Source: an uncultured Candidatus Saccharibacteria bacterium (lineage in GTDB: Bacteria; Patescibacteriota; Minisyncoccia; Phycocordibacterales; UBA12088). Taken from it: a DNA stretch of 64,000 nucleotides. Below are positions 9,690 through 18,499 of this stretch, piece after piece. A model generated the notes under the pieces. It did no database searches. It was not told the DNA's origin and saw only the letters and a program-made list of their open reading frames with translations. Made by a program: the position numbers and the translations under genes. How positions within the stretch are numbered: the first letter of the stretch is position 1; every line of letters begins with the position of its first letter. Location of the stretch: assembly GCA_964531785.1 (NCBI GenBank), contig CAZHFF010000002.1, forward strand, positions 29,851-93,850. Direction: 5' to 3'.

Positions 9690-11513
9690 CTACTCTGCCT
9701 GGATCGCAGCGTTCTTCATGTCCTCGCGCGCCGCCTTGATCGACAGTAGCTGGGATGGGTCGGATGTGATCACCTGGTCCTCGGTGTATGAAGCGATGAT
9801 CTTTATGGCAACGTGCTTGCTGCCCGCAAAGAATATCCCCTCCCCTACCTCGCTCTCGAGCAGGAGGTACTTCTCCTCATCGGTAAGATTGAAGGTCTGC
9901 TGCACCTTGTCGACCGCGGTCGGGGACTGCTTAAGGAGGAGCTGTATCGACGAGTTCGTGATCATCGGGACGCCGTACGGGCTCTTCAAGAAGTCATCTA
10001 CGTCCTGGGTGATCGTCGCGAGGCCAAGGTAGTATTTACGGCCGCGCTTTGCGATGCTGTAGAGGAACGATGCGGTGTCGTCGCTCTTCATCATCCACCA
10101 GGCCTCATCAACCACAAGAAGTCGCTTCCTAAGCTCGCGGCGGATCGCGGTCCAAATGAAGTTCGTGATGATGTACATGGCCGCAGGTTTGAGGTCGTCC
10201 TCCATGTCGCGAACCGAAAAAACGATGAACTTCTTGTTGATATCAACGTTGGTCGGTCGGTTGATGAAGCCGGCCCACGTTCCTTTGGTGTACTTGGAGA
10301 GGCGCTGCACCAAGGAATCGCTGCCCTGCATGCCCGCGAGCACTAGTTCGAAGTCAGAGAGGAGCGGTGGAGCTAGGTTCGTGAAGTCGCTGTTCCCGCT
10401 GATGTCCTTGAGCGCATAGGTCTCGGTGATCGCCCGGTCGATGAGCGCGTCCTCCTCGGGCGTCAGGCCGCCAAGCATGATACGAAAGAGTCCCACCAAC
10501 GTAATGATGTTCTGTCGCAAAATATCCATCGGGTTCTCGTCCTCACGGACCGCCGGAAGGTCAAATGGGTTGATGTGGTGTTCGCTCGAGAGCGAAATGT
10601 TAAAGTAGCGCCCCCCGGTCGCATTTGCCATGTACTCGTACTCCCGCTCCGGGTCGATCACGATGATCTCCGTATCGAACATGAGCGAACGGAGTATTTC
10701 GAGCTTGACCGTATAGCTCTTGCCGGCACCGGATTTCGCGAACAGGACCGAGTTGTAGTTTTCCATCGAGTAGCGATCAAAGAGAATGAGCGAGCTGTTG
10801 TGGCGGTTGATGCCGTAGAGAATGCCACGGTCGGCGGTGAGGTCGAACGACACGAACGGGAACACGGACGAGAGCGGGGTAGAATTGAGCTTGTTGTGTA
10901 CCATGAGCTCGTCGTCCGAGAGTGGAAGTATGCTCCGGTAACCCTGTTCCTGCTGGAAGAGTGCAGGTTTCAGGTAGACCATCTGTGCCTCAAGGAGCGA
11001 CTTTACCTCAGATTCGACCTTATCGAGCTCGTCTTTGGAGTCTGCGTATATGGATATGTAGAGTCCGACGTCGAACAGTCGTTCCTGTGCTTGTTGGAGC
11101 GAGTCACGCAGATTCTCAAGGTTTTCATAAGCGGCGTCGAGCATGGGGTCGCGCACCATACCCTTTGCCTCGCGTTCGTGTATCTGGCTCTGTACCTCCG
11201 CGACCTTTTTCTGGAAACGTTTGAGCATGGGTGCCGTATCGATCGGGTGTACGAAGATAGATATGTCGAACACCTTGTCGAGGTTGACTATGGGCGAGAA
11301 CCAGTTGTCGGAAAGGTAGTGTGGGTAGCTGATCACAAAGAAGGTGCGTACGACCTTGTCCCCCAGGTTGAGTTCGCGGGGGGTTATCTGGAGCGCAGAG
11401 GGTGCCAGCACGTCCTTGAGTTCGAGCGCACCCGCTTCATATATCTCCTGAGGCAGTATCGCTCCCATCGAGGCATCTTTAGCTTTTGGCGTGATGAAAT
11501 CGAAGAGTCCCAT
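9690..11513 (-). CDS. virB4: VirB4/TrbE/TraC-family T4SS ATPase
   Basis: 607 aa. Walker A LFAKSGAGKSYT, Walker B LLVVDEAWWMM, a VirB4-type N-domain (RTFFVISYPHYL..) and GLATITQDVDDF. Confidence 0.9.
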   Translation of the reverse strand: MGLFDFITPKAKDASMGAILPQEIYEAGALELKDVLAPSALQITPRELNLGDKVVRTFFVISYPHYLSDNWFSPIVNLDKVFDISIFVHPIDTAPMLKRFQKKVAEVQSQIHEREAKGMVRDPMLDAAYENLENLRDSLQQAQERLFDVGLYISIYADSKDELDKVESEVKSLLEAQMVYLKPALFQQEQGYRSILPLSDDELMVHNKLNSTPLSSVFPFVSFDLTADRGILYGINRHNSSLILFDRYSMENYNSVLFAKSGAGKSYTVKLEILRSLMFDTEIIVIDPEREYEYMANATGGRYFNISLSSEHHINPFDLPAVREDENPMDILRQNIITLVGLFRIMLGGLTPEEDALIDRAITETYALKDISGNSDFTNLAPPLLSDFELVLAGMQGSDSLVQRLSKYTKGTWAGFINRPTNVDINKKFIVFSVRDMEDDLKPAAMYIITNFIWTAIRRELRKRLLVVDEAWWMMKSDDTASFLYSIAKRGRKYYLGLATITQDVDDFLKSPYGVPMITNSSIQLLLKQSPTAVDKVQQTFNLTDEEKYLLLESEVGEGIFFAGSKHVAIKIIASYTEDQVITSDPSQLLSIKAAREDMKNAAIQAE

Positions 11514-11524
11514 GGTGAAATGCG

Positions 11525-12178
11525 TTACTTGGCTAGTTGACCGAGGGGTATGGGGCGCTCGAGCTCACCTATGTTGAACAGCTTGTAGAACAGTTCGATC
11601 ACCTCTTCGGTGCCGAGCTGTGCCACACGCACTCCCGTGCGGCCGAGACCCTGCTGAACCACACTGATACGCTGCTCGAGCTGGCTGCGGTACTCTTCGA
11701 ACAGCTCCGCGCTCACCTGCGCATCCTTTTTCCCTCCCACGAGCCCGAGACCGGTACCTTTAGCGCCCACGATCGGAGGGCTGTAGGGTACGACGACAAA
11801 GAAGTTCTTGGTCATGATACTCGACCCCTCGACAAATCCTTTTACGAAATCGATGTATTCGCGCACCTGGATCTTCATGAGCTCGCCCTGCTGCTCGACA
11901 TAGCGCTTTTCAAGAAGTGCCAGGTATGGGCGGATATCGAGCTCGCGCGATTGTATGAAGAACTGCACCGAGAAGTCGAGCGAGTTGAGGAAGTTCTGGA
12001 ACTGTGCCAGGATCGCAGATTGCTCGTCCTCCGACTTGAGCGCAATGTTAAGGCTTGAAGCCATGAGCATCGCTCGCAGGCTCCCGTCCTTGAGGATGAT
12101 CACACCGTCCCGCACCTGCTCGATCGGGACAAAATCCTGACTCGGCTTCGCACTCTTTGCATTAGGGGTCATTGCCAT
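11525..12178 (-). CDS. Stand-alone protein resembling the N-terminal domain of Gram-positive-type VirB4 ATPases (no ATPase motifs)
   Basis: 217 aa. VPIEQVRDGVIILKDGSLRAMLMASSLNIALKSEDEQSAILAQFQNFLNSLDFSVQFFIQS follows the pattern of VirB4/TrsE N-termini. No Walker motifs. Confidence 0.5.
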   Translation of the reverse strand: MAMTPNAKSAKPSQDFVPIEQVRDGVIILKDGSLRAMLMASSLNIALKSEDEQSAILAQFQNFLNSLDFSVQFFIQSRELDIRPYLALLEKRYVEQQGELMKIQVREYIDFVKGFVEGSSIMTKNFFVVVPYSPPIVGAKGTGLGLVGGKKDAQVSAELFEEYRSQLEQRISVVQQGLGRTGVRVAQLGTEEVIELFYKLFNIGELERPIPLGQLAK

Positions 12179-12179
12179 A

Positions 12180-12620
12180 CTAGTTGTTGCCAGTGTTGAT
12201 CATGTTCTGTTCCGAGCTGTACAAGCTTTCCTTGATGTCGAGCGACCAGGCGAGTTCCTTCAGCTTCGATTCCGAGAGTCGAGGCACGAACGGCTTGGCA
12301 ACTACTTCAGCGGGGGCCTCTGCCTGGTGTGTGACCTTTCGGAGCGTTTTTTTCCAGAGGTAGAGTTTCCTGCGGAAGTAGAAGTAGACAGCCGACTCCA
12401 AGATGAACACGAACGAACGATTGTTGATCTTCACGAAAGCGAGCGCAAGCGCGATCATGATGAACGGGGCACCTATGAGCAGTGCCAGAAAGAACCCGAG
12501 GAAGAAATACAGCACGACACCAATACCTGCACCACCGGTCAGGTAGATGAATTGCTTGAGCGTGAGGGGTCCGAAGAGCTTGTCCTCAACGTCAATGAAC
12601 TGTGGTACGGCGAATCGCAT
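12180..12620 (-). CDS. PrgI/VirB3-like small membrane protein
   Basis: 146 aa. AVPQFIDVEDKLFGPLTLKQFIYL followed by two TM helices, which matches my recollection of the PrgI family. Positioned immediately upstream of the VirB4-related genes. Confidence 0.55.
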   Translation of the reverse strand: MRFAVPQFIDVEDKLFGPLTLKQFIYLTGGAGIGVVLYFFLGFFLALLIGAPFIMIALALAFVKINNRSFVFILESAVYFYFRRKLYLWKKTLRKVTHQAEAPAEVVAKPFVPRLSESKLKELAWSLDIKESLYSSEQNMINTGNN

Positions 12621-12668
12621 GGTGTGTGTGGTTCCCTAGCATCCCGTCTTTCCCGTGACCGATCGAGC

Positions 12669-13064
12669 CTAGATCGGCTCGTGGTAGGGGTCGGTGATCT
12701 TCGGAGCTGCTATGGGTGCGTTCTCTCCCTCGATCGGCACCACCTCCTTTTTGGTGGTCGATGCGCGGAGCGAGTCCTGGACCTTTTTGAAGATGCTACT
12801 CTCTATCTCACCATAGAGCTTTTCGACCTGCTCGCGCGCAAGGCCCAGACTAGACAGGAGCGCACGGTACTCGTCCCTTGACATGAGACCGATGAGGACG
12901 AGTATGCCTTCCCGTGCAACCCGGTCTGCCACATCGAGGTGCAGGTTATGGCGTTTCGTGATCTCTTGGAAAGCGGTGTTCACCTCGGGAGCCATGATCG
13001 CCTCCTGCAGCACGGTGGGTAGTGCCTTGAACGCTTTCTGGATCTCTGTTTTGCTCGCGGTCAT
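12669..13064 (-). CDS. Small helical protein, unknown function
   Basis: 131 aa, no TM helix and no recognised motif. Located within the operon. Confidence 0.55.
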   Translation of the reverse strand: MTASKTEIQKAFKALPTVLQEAIMAPEVNTAFQEITKRHNLHLDVADRVAREGILVLIGLMSRDEYRALLSSLGLAREQVEKLYGEIESSIFKKVQDSLRASTTKKEVVPIEGENAPIAAPKITDPYHEPI

Positions 13065-13070
13065 GATGGG

Positions 13071-15695
13071 TTAGAAGATGGTGCCTCCGGTCGGTGAATT
13101 GAGCCACTCGCCTACCTGCCGTGCTTTCTCCTCCTCGGGGGTGAGCTGCGCGTTCGGGTCCTGAGCAAGCTTTGCTCTGACCGGCGCGTACTTAGAGCTC
13201 CAGTGGGTGCGTATCGCGTCGCGTACGCCCTCGTTCTGCTTCTTGACCATCTCGATCATGGAGGCAACGCTCAGGTTGTCCATGACGTACGGTTTCGTGA
13301 GCACCTGCGCATCAAGTGTTGCAATATCTTCCGACTTCATCGCCTTCATCGTGTCTGCCATCGCTGTTGGGGTGAGGGATTGGTAGTGTGCGTTGCGCGC
13401 CTCGATCATCTTTTGGCGCACCTCGGGCTTCAGTTTACCCTGCTTCCCGCTCACGAGCTCTCCGAACTTGTCACCCTTGAGGTTCGCTACGAAGAGCGGG
13501 TTCGTGAGGATGTTCGGGTCGAGGTTCTCAAGGTCCTTTTGCGAGAGCTTGTTCGCTTCCTTCGCCACGTCCGCAGGGACCGGTGCCGGTGCGTTGAGTG
13601 CCGTGGCAAGCGGCAGAGTGCGGGCCTGGCGGAACTCGGCCTTTTCAGCGTCCGTGTACACCTTGCTCTTCAGCAGGTCGTCGAACTTCTCAGGGGTCAT
13701 GTCTGTCATCTTGCCCTTCAACGCGGCGACGCGCTCTTCCTTGAGCTTCGCCTTCTCGGTGTCGCTGAAGCTCGAGCTTTCAAGCGTTTTCTCGAAGGTG
13801 GTGTTAGATACATGACCGATCGCCTTGGGGTTGCTGAGGAATGCGTCACGATTGTTCTCGATGTCCGTGATCGTGGCGTCGCCAAATACCTTCTGCTGCT
13901 CAGGCGTGAGCGTGCCTCCAGGCGCCTGGGCTGTGACAGCGGCGCTTCTCAGGTCTTTGTAACGTGCAGCACGGAGCTCCGATGACTCGCCCTGGAGCGT
14001 GCTCGAGCTCCTGAGTATCGACTGTGTCTGGCTGCTCGAGTGTGCCGCAAGCACCGCCTCATTGCTAAAGAGCTTCGTATGCTCCCTGCGCGCCCAGTCG
14101 ATGTCGGACTGATTTGCTCCCATGATCACCCGCTTTGCGCTTTCGTACTCAGCGCTACCAGCAGGCCGTTCTGACACATCACGGGCTGCTTGTACAAGCG
14201 CATCTCGGCTCCCTTGAAGGTTGATGCCGGAACGTCGCTCATCCCTGCCGCGTGCGGCGTCTTCGCGCCGTTTTTCATAGCTCCGTGTGCCGAGGACGCC
14301 CGTACGAGCACCAGCCGAAAGACCCTGCTGCACCCCTCGGTCGATCATAGTACCGGAAAGGCGGCGGTACATACGTGCCCGTGCGCTGTTATCCTTGTAT
14401 GTACCATCGTCATTGACCTCATTGGCCTGTGCATGGCGCCGTGTGTACCTGGTCGCAAGGTCGTTCGAGATCGCGCCCGCCGTGTAGGCAAACCCGAGCC
14501 CTGCCGCCCCGCGTGCCCATCGTTCCCCGGTGTTGAGCACTGCGCCCGCCCCTGCTGCTCCCAGGTTCCTGGCTACAATGAGCGACGCGATGAGAAAGCC
14601 CATGACGATCACAAAGTAGAACAAGAGCGAAATGCCGCTCGTGGTCATGAGCGCTGTCGCGGCGTAGCCCTCTTGACTGCCGAGCATGTAGCGCGCGTTG
14701 AGCCCGGTCATGATCTTGAGCGCGATCCACCACATGAGGAAGATGGCCGGCGCGAAGAACGCCTGATTCAGAAGCTTATGCCACCACTGGCTGCCGCTCC
14801 CTGATATGCGGGTGATCCACATCACGAACGCAACTGGCGAAAGGATGATGAGGAGGACGAGTATCACGAAACGGCCGATGAGCAGAAAGGCTGCGGCACC
14901 GAACACGAACGCTGCCACTAAAAAGAGGATCGTCCCGAGCGCTCCGACCCAGATCATGCGTTGTGTCGCCTCGTCCCGTTTATCCGGCGGTATCTGGGAT
15001 ATGTCATAGAAGGTGGCTAACCGCATCTGGTCCCAGAATGCACCCGCTATACCGTCATCGATACACTCGCCCGTGAACGACCCACTTGCGATCTGCGTTG
15101 CACAGGCGGCGCTCGTTCCACCTTTTTGTTCCATGATGAGCGCATAGAGTTCGGTCGCCGCAAGGTTCGACACATCGATCACGATCTTAGTGAAGAACAT
15201 ACTGAAGTTCACAAAGAGCGCTGCGATGACCACTTTCCAGAGCAGCTGCTTATAGTTCCATGCAGAGAGGTTGAGTATCGTCGCGATACCGATGAATATG
15301 GTCAGGAACAGCAAGAACACGTTCGCGATATCACGAAGGACGATCCAGGCATCGGTGATACCGGTCAGGTTACCGACCAGCATGCCCATGCCGACCACGA
15401 GCTCTTGTACCGCATAGTTCAGCACAACGCTCGCACCTCCCGCAAGCCATGCCGCGAAGGTCATCACTGTATACGACGCCCACGCGAGGCATCCAGTAAG
15501 CATCTGTCCGCTCAATGAGAGGCATCCGAAATTGTTACCCCCTTCACGATCAGCAGCCTCGAGCGCCCTGGTAAGGGGTGATGCAGCGTACCCATCGCTC
15601 GCATAGGCGATAGGCATCCCAACCCACAGCAGCCCCGATGCGGTGAGGAGCAGCGCTGCTATGGTCTTCTGGAATTGTGGGCTGAGGGCGAACAT
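13071..15695 (-). CDS. VirB6/TrbL-like polytopic membrane protein with long soluble C-terminal extension
   Basis: 874 aa. Signal-like N-terminus, about 8 TM helices in the first ~430 aa, then ~440 aa of hydrophilic helical sequence with repeated L..N/TNP.FV.NL-type motifs. The call rests on topology and operon position only. Confidence 0.45.
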   Translation of the reverse strand: MFALSPQFQKTIAALLLTASGLLWVGMPIAYASDGYAASPLTRALEAADREGGNNFGCLSLSGQMLTGCLAWASYTVMTFAAWLAGGASVVLNYAVQELVVGMGMLVGNLTGITDAWIVLRDIANVFLLFLTIFIGIATILNLSAWNYKQLLWKVVIAALFVNFSMFFTKIVIDVSNLAATELYALIMEQKGGTSAACATQIASGSFTGECIDDGIAGAFWDQMRLATFYDISQIPPDKRDEATQRMIWVGALGTILFLVAAFVFGAAAFLLIGRFVILVLLIILSPVAFVMWITRISGSGSQWWHKLLNQAFFAPAIFLMWWIALKIMTGLNARYMLGSQEGYAATALMTTSGISLLFYFVIVMGFLIASLIVARNLGAAGAGAVLNTGERWARGAAGLGFAYTAGAISNDLATRYTRRHAQANEVNDDGTYKDNSARARMYRRLSGTMIDRGVQQGLSAGARTGVLGTRSYEKRREDAARGRDERRSGINLQGSRDALVQAARDVSERPAGSAEYESAKRVIMGANQSDIDWARREHTKLFSNEAVLAAHSSSQTQSILRSSSTLQGESSELRAARYKDLRSAAVTAQAPGGTLTPEQQKVFGDATITDIENNRDAFLSNPKAIGHVSNTTFEKTLESSSFSDTEKAKLKEERVAALKGKMTDMTPEKFDDLLKSKVYTDAEKAEFRQARTLPLATALNAPAPVPADVAKEANKLSQKDLENLDPNILTNPLFVANLKGDKFGELVSGKQGKLKPEVRQKMIEARNAHYQSLTPTAMADTMKAMKSEDIATLDAQVLTKPYVMDNLSVASMIEMVKKQNEGVRDAIRTHWSSKYAPVRAKLAQDPNAQLTPEEEKARQVGEWLNSPTGGTIF

Positions 15696-15713
15696 GCGTT
15701 TCGAGTGATCTGT

Positions 15714-16010
15714 CTATATCGCTGGTGGCGGCGGTGGCGGCGGTGGCGGCGGTGCGGTGGTACCTCCCCCTCCTGTCGTTGGTGCCGTACCTCCACCACC
15801 TGTTGTGGGGGTACCCCCTCCGGTCGTTGGTGTTGTGCCCCCAGGCGCGGCAGGCGGTGGTGGGGGTGGAGGAGGAGCGGTCGTACCTCCACCGGTTCCT
15901 CCGCCAGGCACGCTCGTCCCGAGCTCGGCACCGCCCGGACCGGTCGTTGGTGGGGGTGGAGTTGGTGGCGGTGGTGGGGCAGGAACCGGAGCGTCGATCC
16001 CTGCGCTTGC
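15714..16010. repeat. Low-complexity GC-rich tandem-repeat DNA (GGTGGCGGC-type units) encoding the poly-Pro/Gly/Thr tail
   Basis: For example 15722-15755, ggtggcggcggtggcggcggtggcggcggtg. All three frames on both strands remain open here, which generates several shadow ORFs in the track. Confidence 0.8.
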
Positions 16011-17279
16011 CTGGGCAGCATTGCGAGCGGTTATTTCTGATTCTATCGCGTTCACCCGAGCGACGATCGCAGAAAGGCTTGCAGTGTACGTGAGCGACGC
16101 CGGGTCAAGCGCAGCAGCCTGTGCCGCGAGCGATTGCAGTTCGGCGATATAGAAGGTTTGGCCTGCAGCGGTCTCAGAAGCGATGATCGCGTTGATACGG
16201 GCAACGAGCGCCTGCTGACTTGCGGTACCACCTGCGGCAGCCTCATCACGTATCTGCTGGAGCGCGCTCTGCCCCCCTGCCCCTGCAACGGATGCGTTCC
16301 CAACACCGCCCTCAAGCAAGGTACGCACGAGGAGCTGGAACAGGGCTCCGAGGATCTCATCGATCTCGTCCGCTACCTCGAGCTGGGCGAGCGGTGCACC
16401 GGTCCAATCCTCAAGCTCTCGAGAGATATACTGCCCGGGTGTTATCACCTGTCCGGTCGCCGGGTCCGTGATAGAAAGGAAGCCGTCACCCCACGACAAG
16501 AGCGAGAACTCCGCGCCCTGCTTGTTCCGTACGCGTATACCCATTTCCGCTTGTGCTGCTAGGAACGAACCATAAGGGTTGTTCTGTGGCTTCATGGTGA
16601 GCGAGAACCACGCCGGGAAGCCTCCCGACTGGAATGAGCCGCTGATGAAATCCTGGAACTGGGTCACCGCATCTGCCACGTTCCCATACACATCGCTCAG
16701 ACGGCATGCCAGCCGTCCGGTCTCGCCGCTTGCTGGTGCGGCGTACTCGAGTTGGAGGTCGACCTGGACCTGTAACTGGAAGGGACTACATAAGAAATCG
16801 AGTGGACCACCGAAAATGAACTCGCCGGCGATGATATCCGCAAGGTCAAGAAAGAACTCTTGGGGGTTCCCGAGGAACGTCGGCAACCCGGTGAACCCGC
16901 TGTTGATCCACTCAACGATCGATGCGGTGAGCTGGGGAATGATGATGTTCTTGAGCGCCCATACTATGGCATCGAGCACGCACTCCTTGAAGGTAAGTGC
17001 TCCGGTCGCGGTCTGGGTCGCAACGGCCGGAACTGAGGTGTCGGCCATGGTCCAGACCGGAACGAAGAGACCGACCGCGCCCCCGATCGCGCCACCGCCA
17101 AGCGACGTAGCTGCCGCGCCAATGTTGAAACCGAACGCACCGGCGATGCAGCCTAAGATACCGGTCTGCGCCTCGGCCTTTGGGGTAGCGGCGATAAAGA
17201 ACGATGGCGCGACGAGCGTGAGTGCGATGAGGAGCGCGACAAGGCTCCGACCGAAGGCGCCTTGCGTGAAGAACGTCAT
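15714..17279 (-). CDS. Secreted protein with extreme Pro/Gly/Thr low-complexity C-terminus
   Basis: 521 aa. Signal peptide (..ATPKAEAQ), a conserved-looking N-domain (KECVLDAIVWALKNIIIPQLTASIVEWINSGF), and a C-terminal ~95 aa of PPPPP / TTGGGG runs. Confidence 0.65.
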   Translation of the reverse strand: MTFFTQGAFGRSLVALLIALTLVAPSFFIAATPKAEAQTGILGCIAGAFGFNIGAAATSLGGGAIGGAVGLFVPVWTMADTSVPAVATQTATGALTFKECVLDAIVWALKNIIIPQLTASIVEWINSGFTGLPTFLGNPQEFFLDLADIIAGEFIFGGPLDFLCSPFQLQVQVDLQLEYAAPASGETGRLACRLSDVYGNVADAVTQFQDFISGSFQSGGFPAWFSLTMKPQNNPYGSFLAAQAEMGIRVRNKQGAEFSLLSWGDGFLSITDPATGQVITPGQYISRELEDWTGAPLAQLEVADEIDEILGALFQLLVRTLLEGGVGNASVAGAGGQSALQQIRDEAAAGGTASQQALVARINAIIASETAAGQTFYIAELQSLAAQAAALDPASLTYTASLSAIVARVNAIESEITARNAAQASAGIDAPVPAPPPPPTPPPPTTGPGGAELGTSVPGGGTGGGTTAPPPPPPPPAAPGGTTPTTGGGTPTTGGGGTAPTTGGGGTTAPPPPPPPPPPAI

Positions 17280-18229
17280 GAGCCGATCTGTCGACTGATA
17301 AAGCTCAAGAGCTCGGTACGCACAGCACCGACCCGAGCCTCAGCTGCCGGGTAGAGGCTCACGCTCGCTGCGGTGCGGAGCGGGTCGTCCTGCATCACAG
17401 CGAACGACTCTATAATGTAGGTCAGGGCAGCAAAGCTGTTCAGGAATTGGAGGTGCAGTCCTGCCGCGTTCGTCGGCACCTCAAGCGTAACAAGCTTCTG
17501 TTCGACCTCGGTGAGGGCGACGACGAGCGCCTTGAGCTCCGCTGCGGCTGTCTCGTCCTTTTGCTCCATAATGCGCGCGACGAGCATGAGCTCGTGCGTC
17601 GAGAAGCTCTTTGTGGGGGAGAACGCATCGAAAAGCTCCGCTTTGTATCGCGCGTAGCGTGTGGGCGAGTTGTCGACCGTGTTCGGGAACTGACCCTGTG
17701 CGTACTGTCGTGGCTGCACATGGAGCGCGGTCCGTTCTACGAGGGTCTGTATCATACGTTCCCGTTCAGCGGTCTTTAGCGCTCCTGCCTGCTTGAGCGT
17801 CAGGTAGGAACCGAACAGTTCTCGTGCCACTTTGTCGGTCGCGGTGAGCTCGTGTTCTGGTTTGTCTGTCGAACCAGGTGCGGCACTGCTCGTGCCGGTA
17901 CCGGGTCCCGGTACCCGTGGGTCGCGCCCTAACCGGACCTCTTCCCCATCGGACATACCATCGCCGTCCGTGTCGGGGTTCTTGAGATCCGTGCCCCAGA
18001 GCACCTCCTCCCAGTCATACAACCCATCCCCATCGGTATCCTCCTCGAGCATCCGAGCGGTCGCGAGGTTTCCCACCTGCGCGGCAAGCCTCGCGTTGCT
18101 CTCTGCTTCTCCCGCTCCCCCATCCGCACGGGTGTACAGGTGGTAGAGTCCCGCAACGAGCACGATACACGCGAACGTGCCGACGCTTGCAATGAACAGC
18201 GGACTGGGGAGGTACCTCTCGAAGCGCAT
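17276..18229 (-). CDS. Membrane-anchored protein with thrombospondin-type-3-like Ca-binding repeats; first gene of the operon
   Basis: 317 aa, N-terminal TM helix. DTDGDGLYDWEE...NPDTDGDGMSDGEE repeats. 4-nt overlap with the downstream gene. Confidence 0.6.
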   Translation of the reverse strand: MRFERYLPSPLFIASVGTFACIVLVAGLYHLYTRADGGAGEAESNARLAAQVGNLATARMLEEDTDGDGLYDWEEVLWGTDLKNPDTDGDGMSDGEEVRLGRDPRVPGPGTGTSSAAPGSTDKPEHELTATDKVARELFGSYLTLKQAGALKTAERERMIQTLVERTALHVQPRQYAQGQFPNTVDNSPTRYARYKAELFDAFSPTKSFSTHELMLVARIMEQKDETAAAELKALVVALTEVEQKLVTLEVPTNAAGLHLQFLNSFAALTYIIESFAVMQDDPLRTAASVSLYPAAEARVGAVRTELLSFISRQIGS

Positions 18230-18499
18230 ACTCTATAGGACACAGTATAGCGCACCCCTACGCAAGAACTATGTGCTCAAAGACAAAGTTGGGGATTAGA
18301 GAAGCAGCAAGCGCGGCTGGGCGCGCCGGGGGTATTTGATACGGACATCGTCTGATAGGTCTTCCCGGACTTCTGGGGTCGATCGTGCCGTGTCCCTATC
18401 CGCCTCTATGGTGCAGGCCAGGATCGGCCAGTACGAGTCGCGCTGGTCAGCCTGTGGAAAGTTGCGCGCACGGGACAGAGGTCGCGCTATACTGAAGGC

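Noticed and set aside
15659-16152. Four overlapping ORFs on both strands (15659..16021, 15675..16040, 15725..16093, 15757..16152) with poly-Gly, poly-Pro, poly-Arg and poly-Trp translations.
   Set aside because: All are generated by the same GC-rich tandem repeat. Only the frame continuous with the 521-aa secreted protein (15714..17279) has a signal peptide and a non-repetitive domain.
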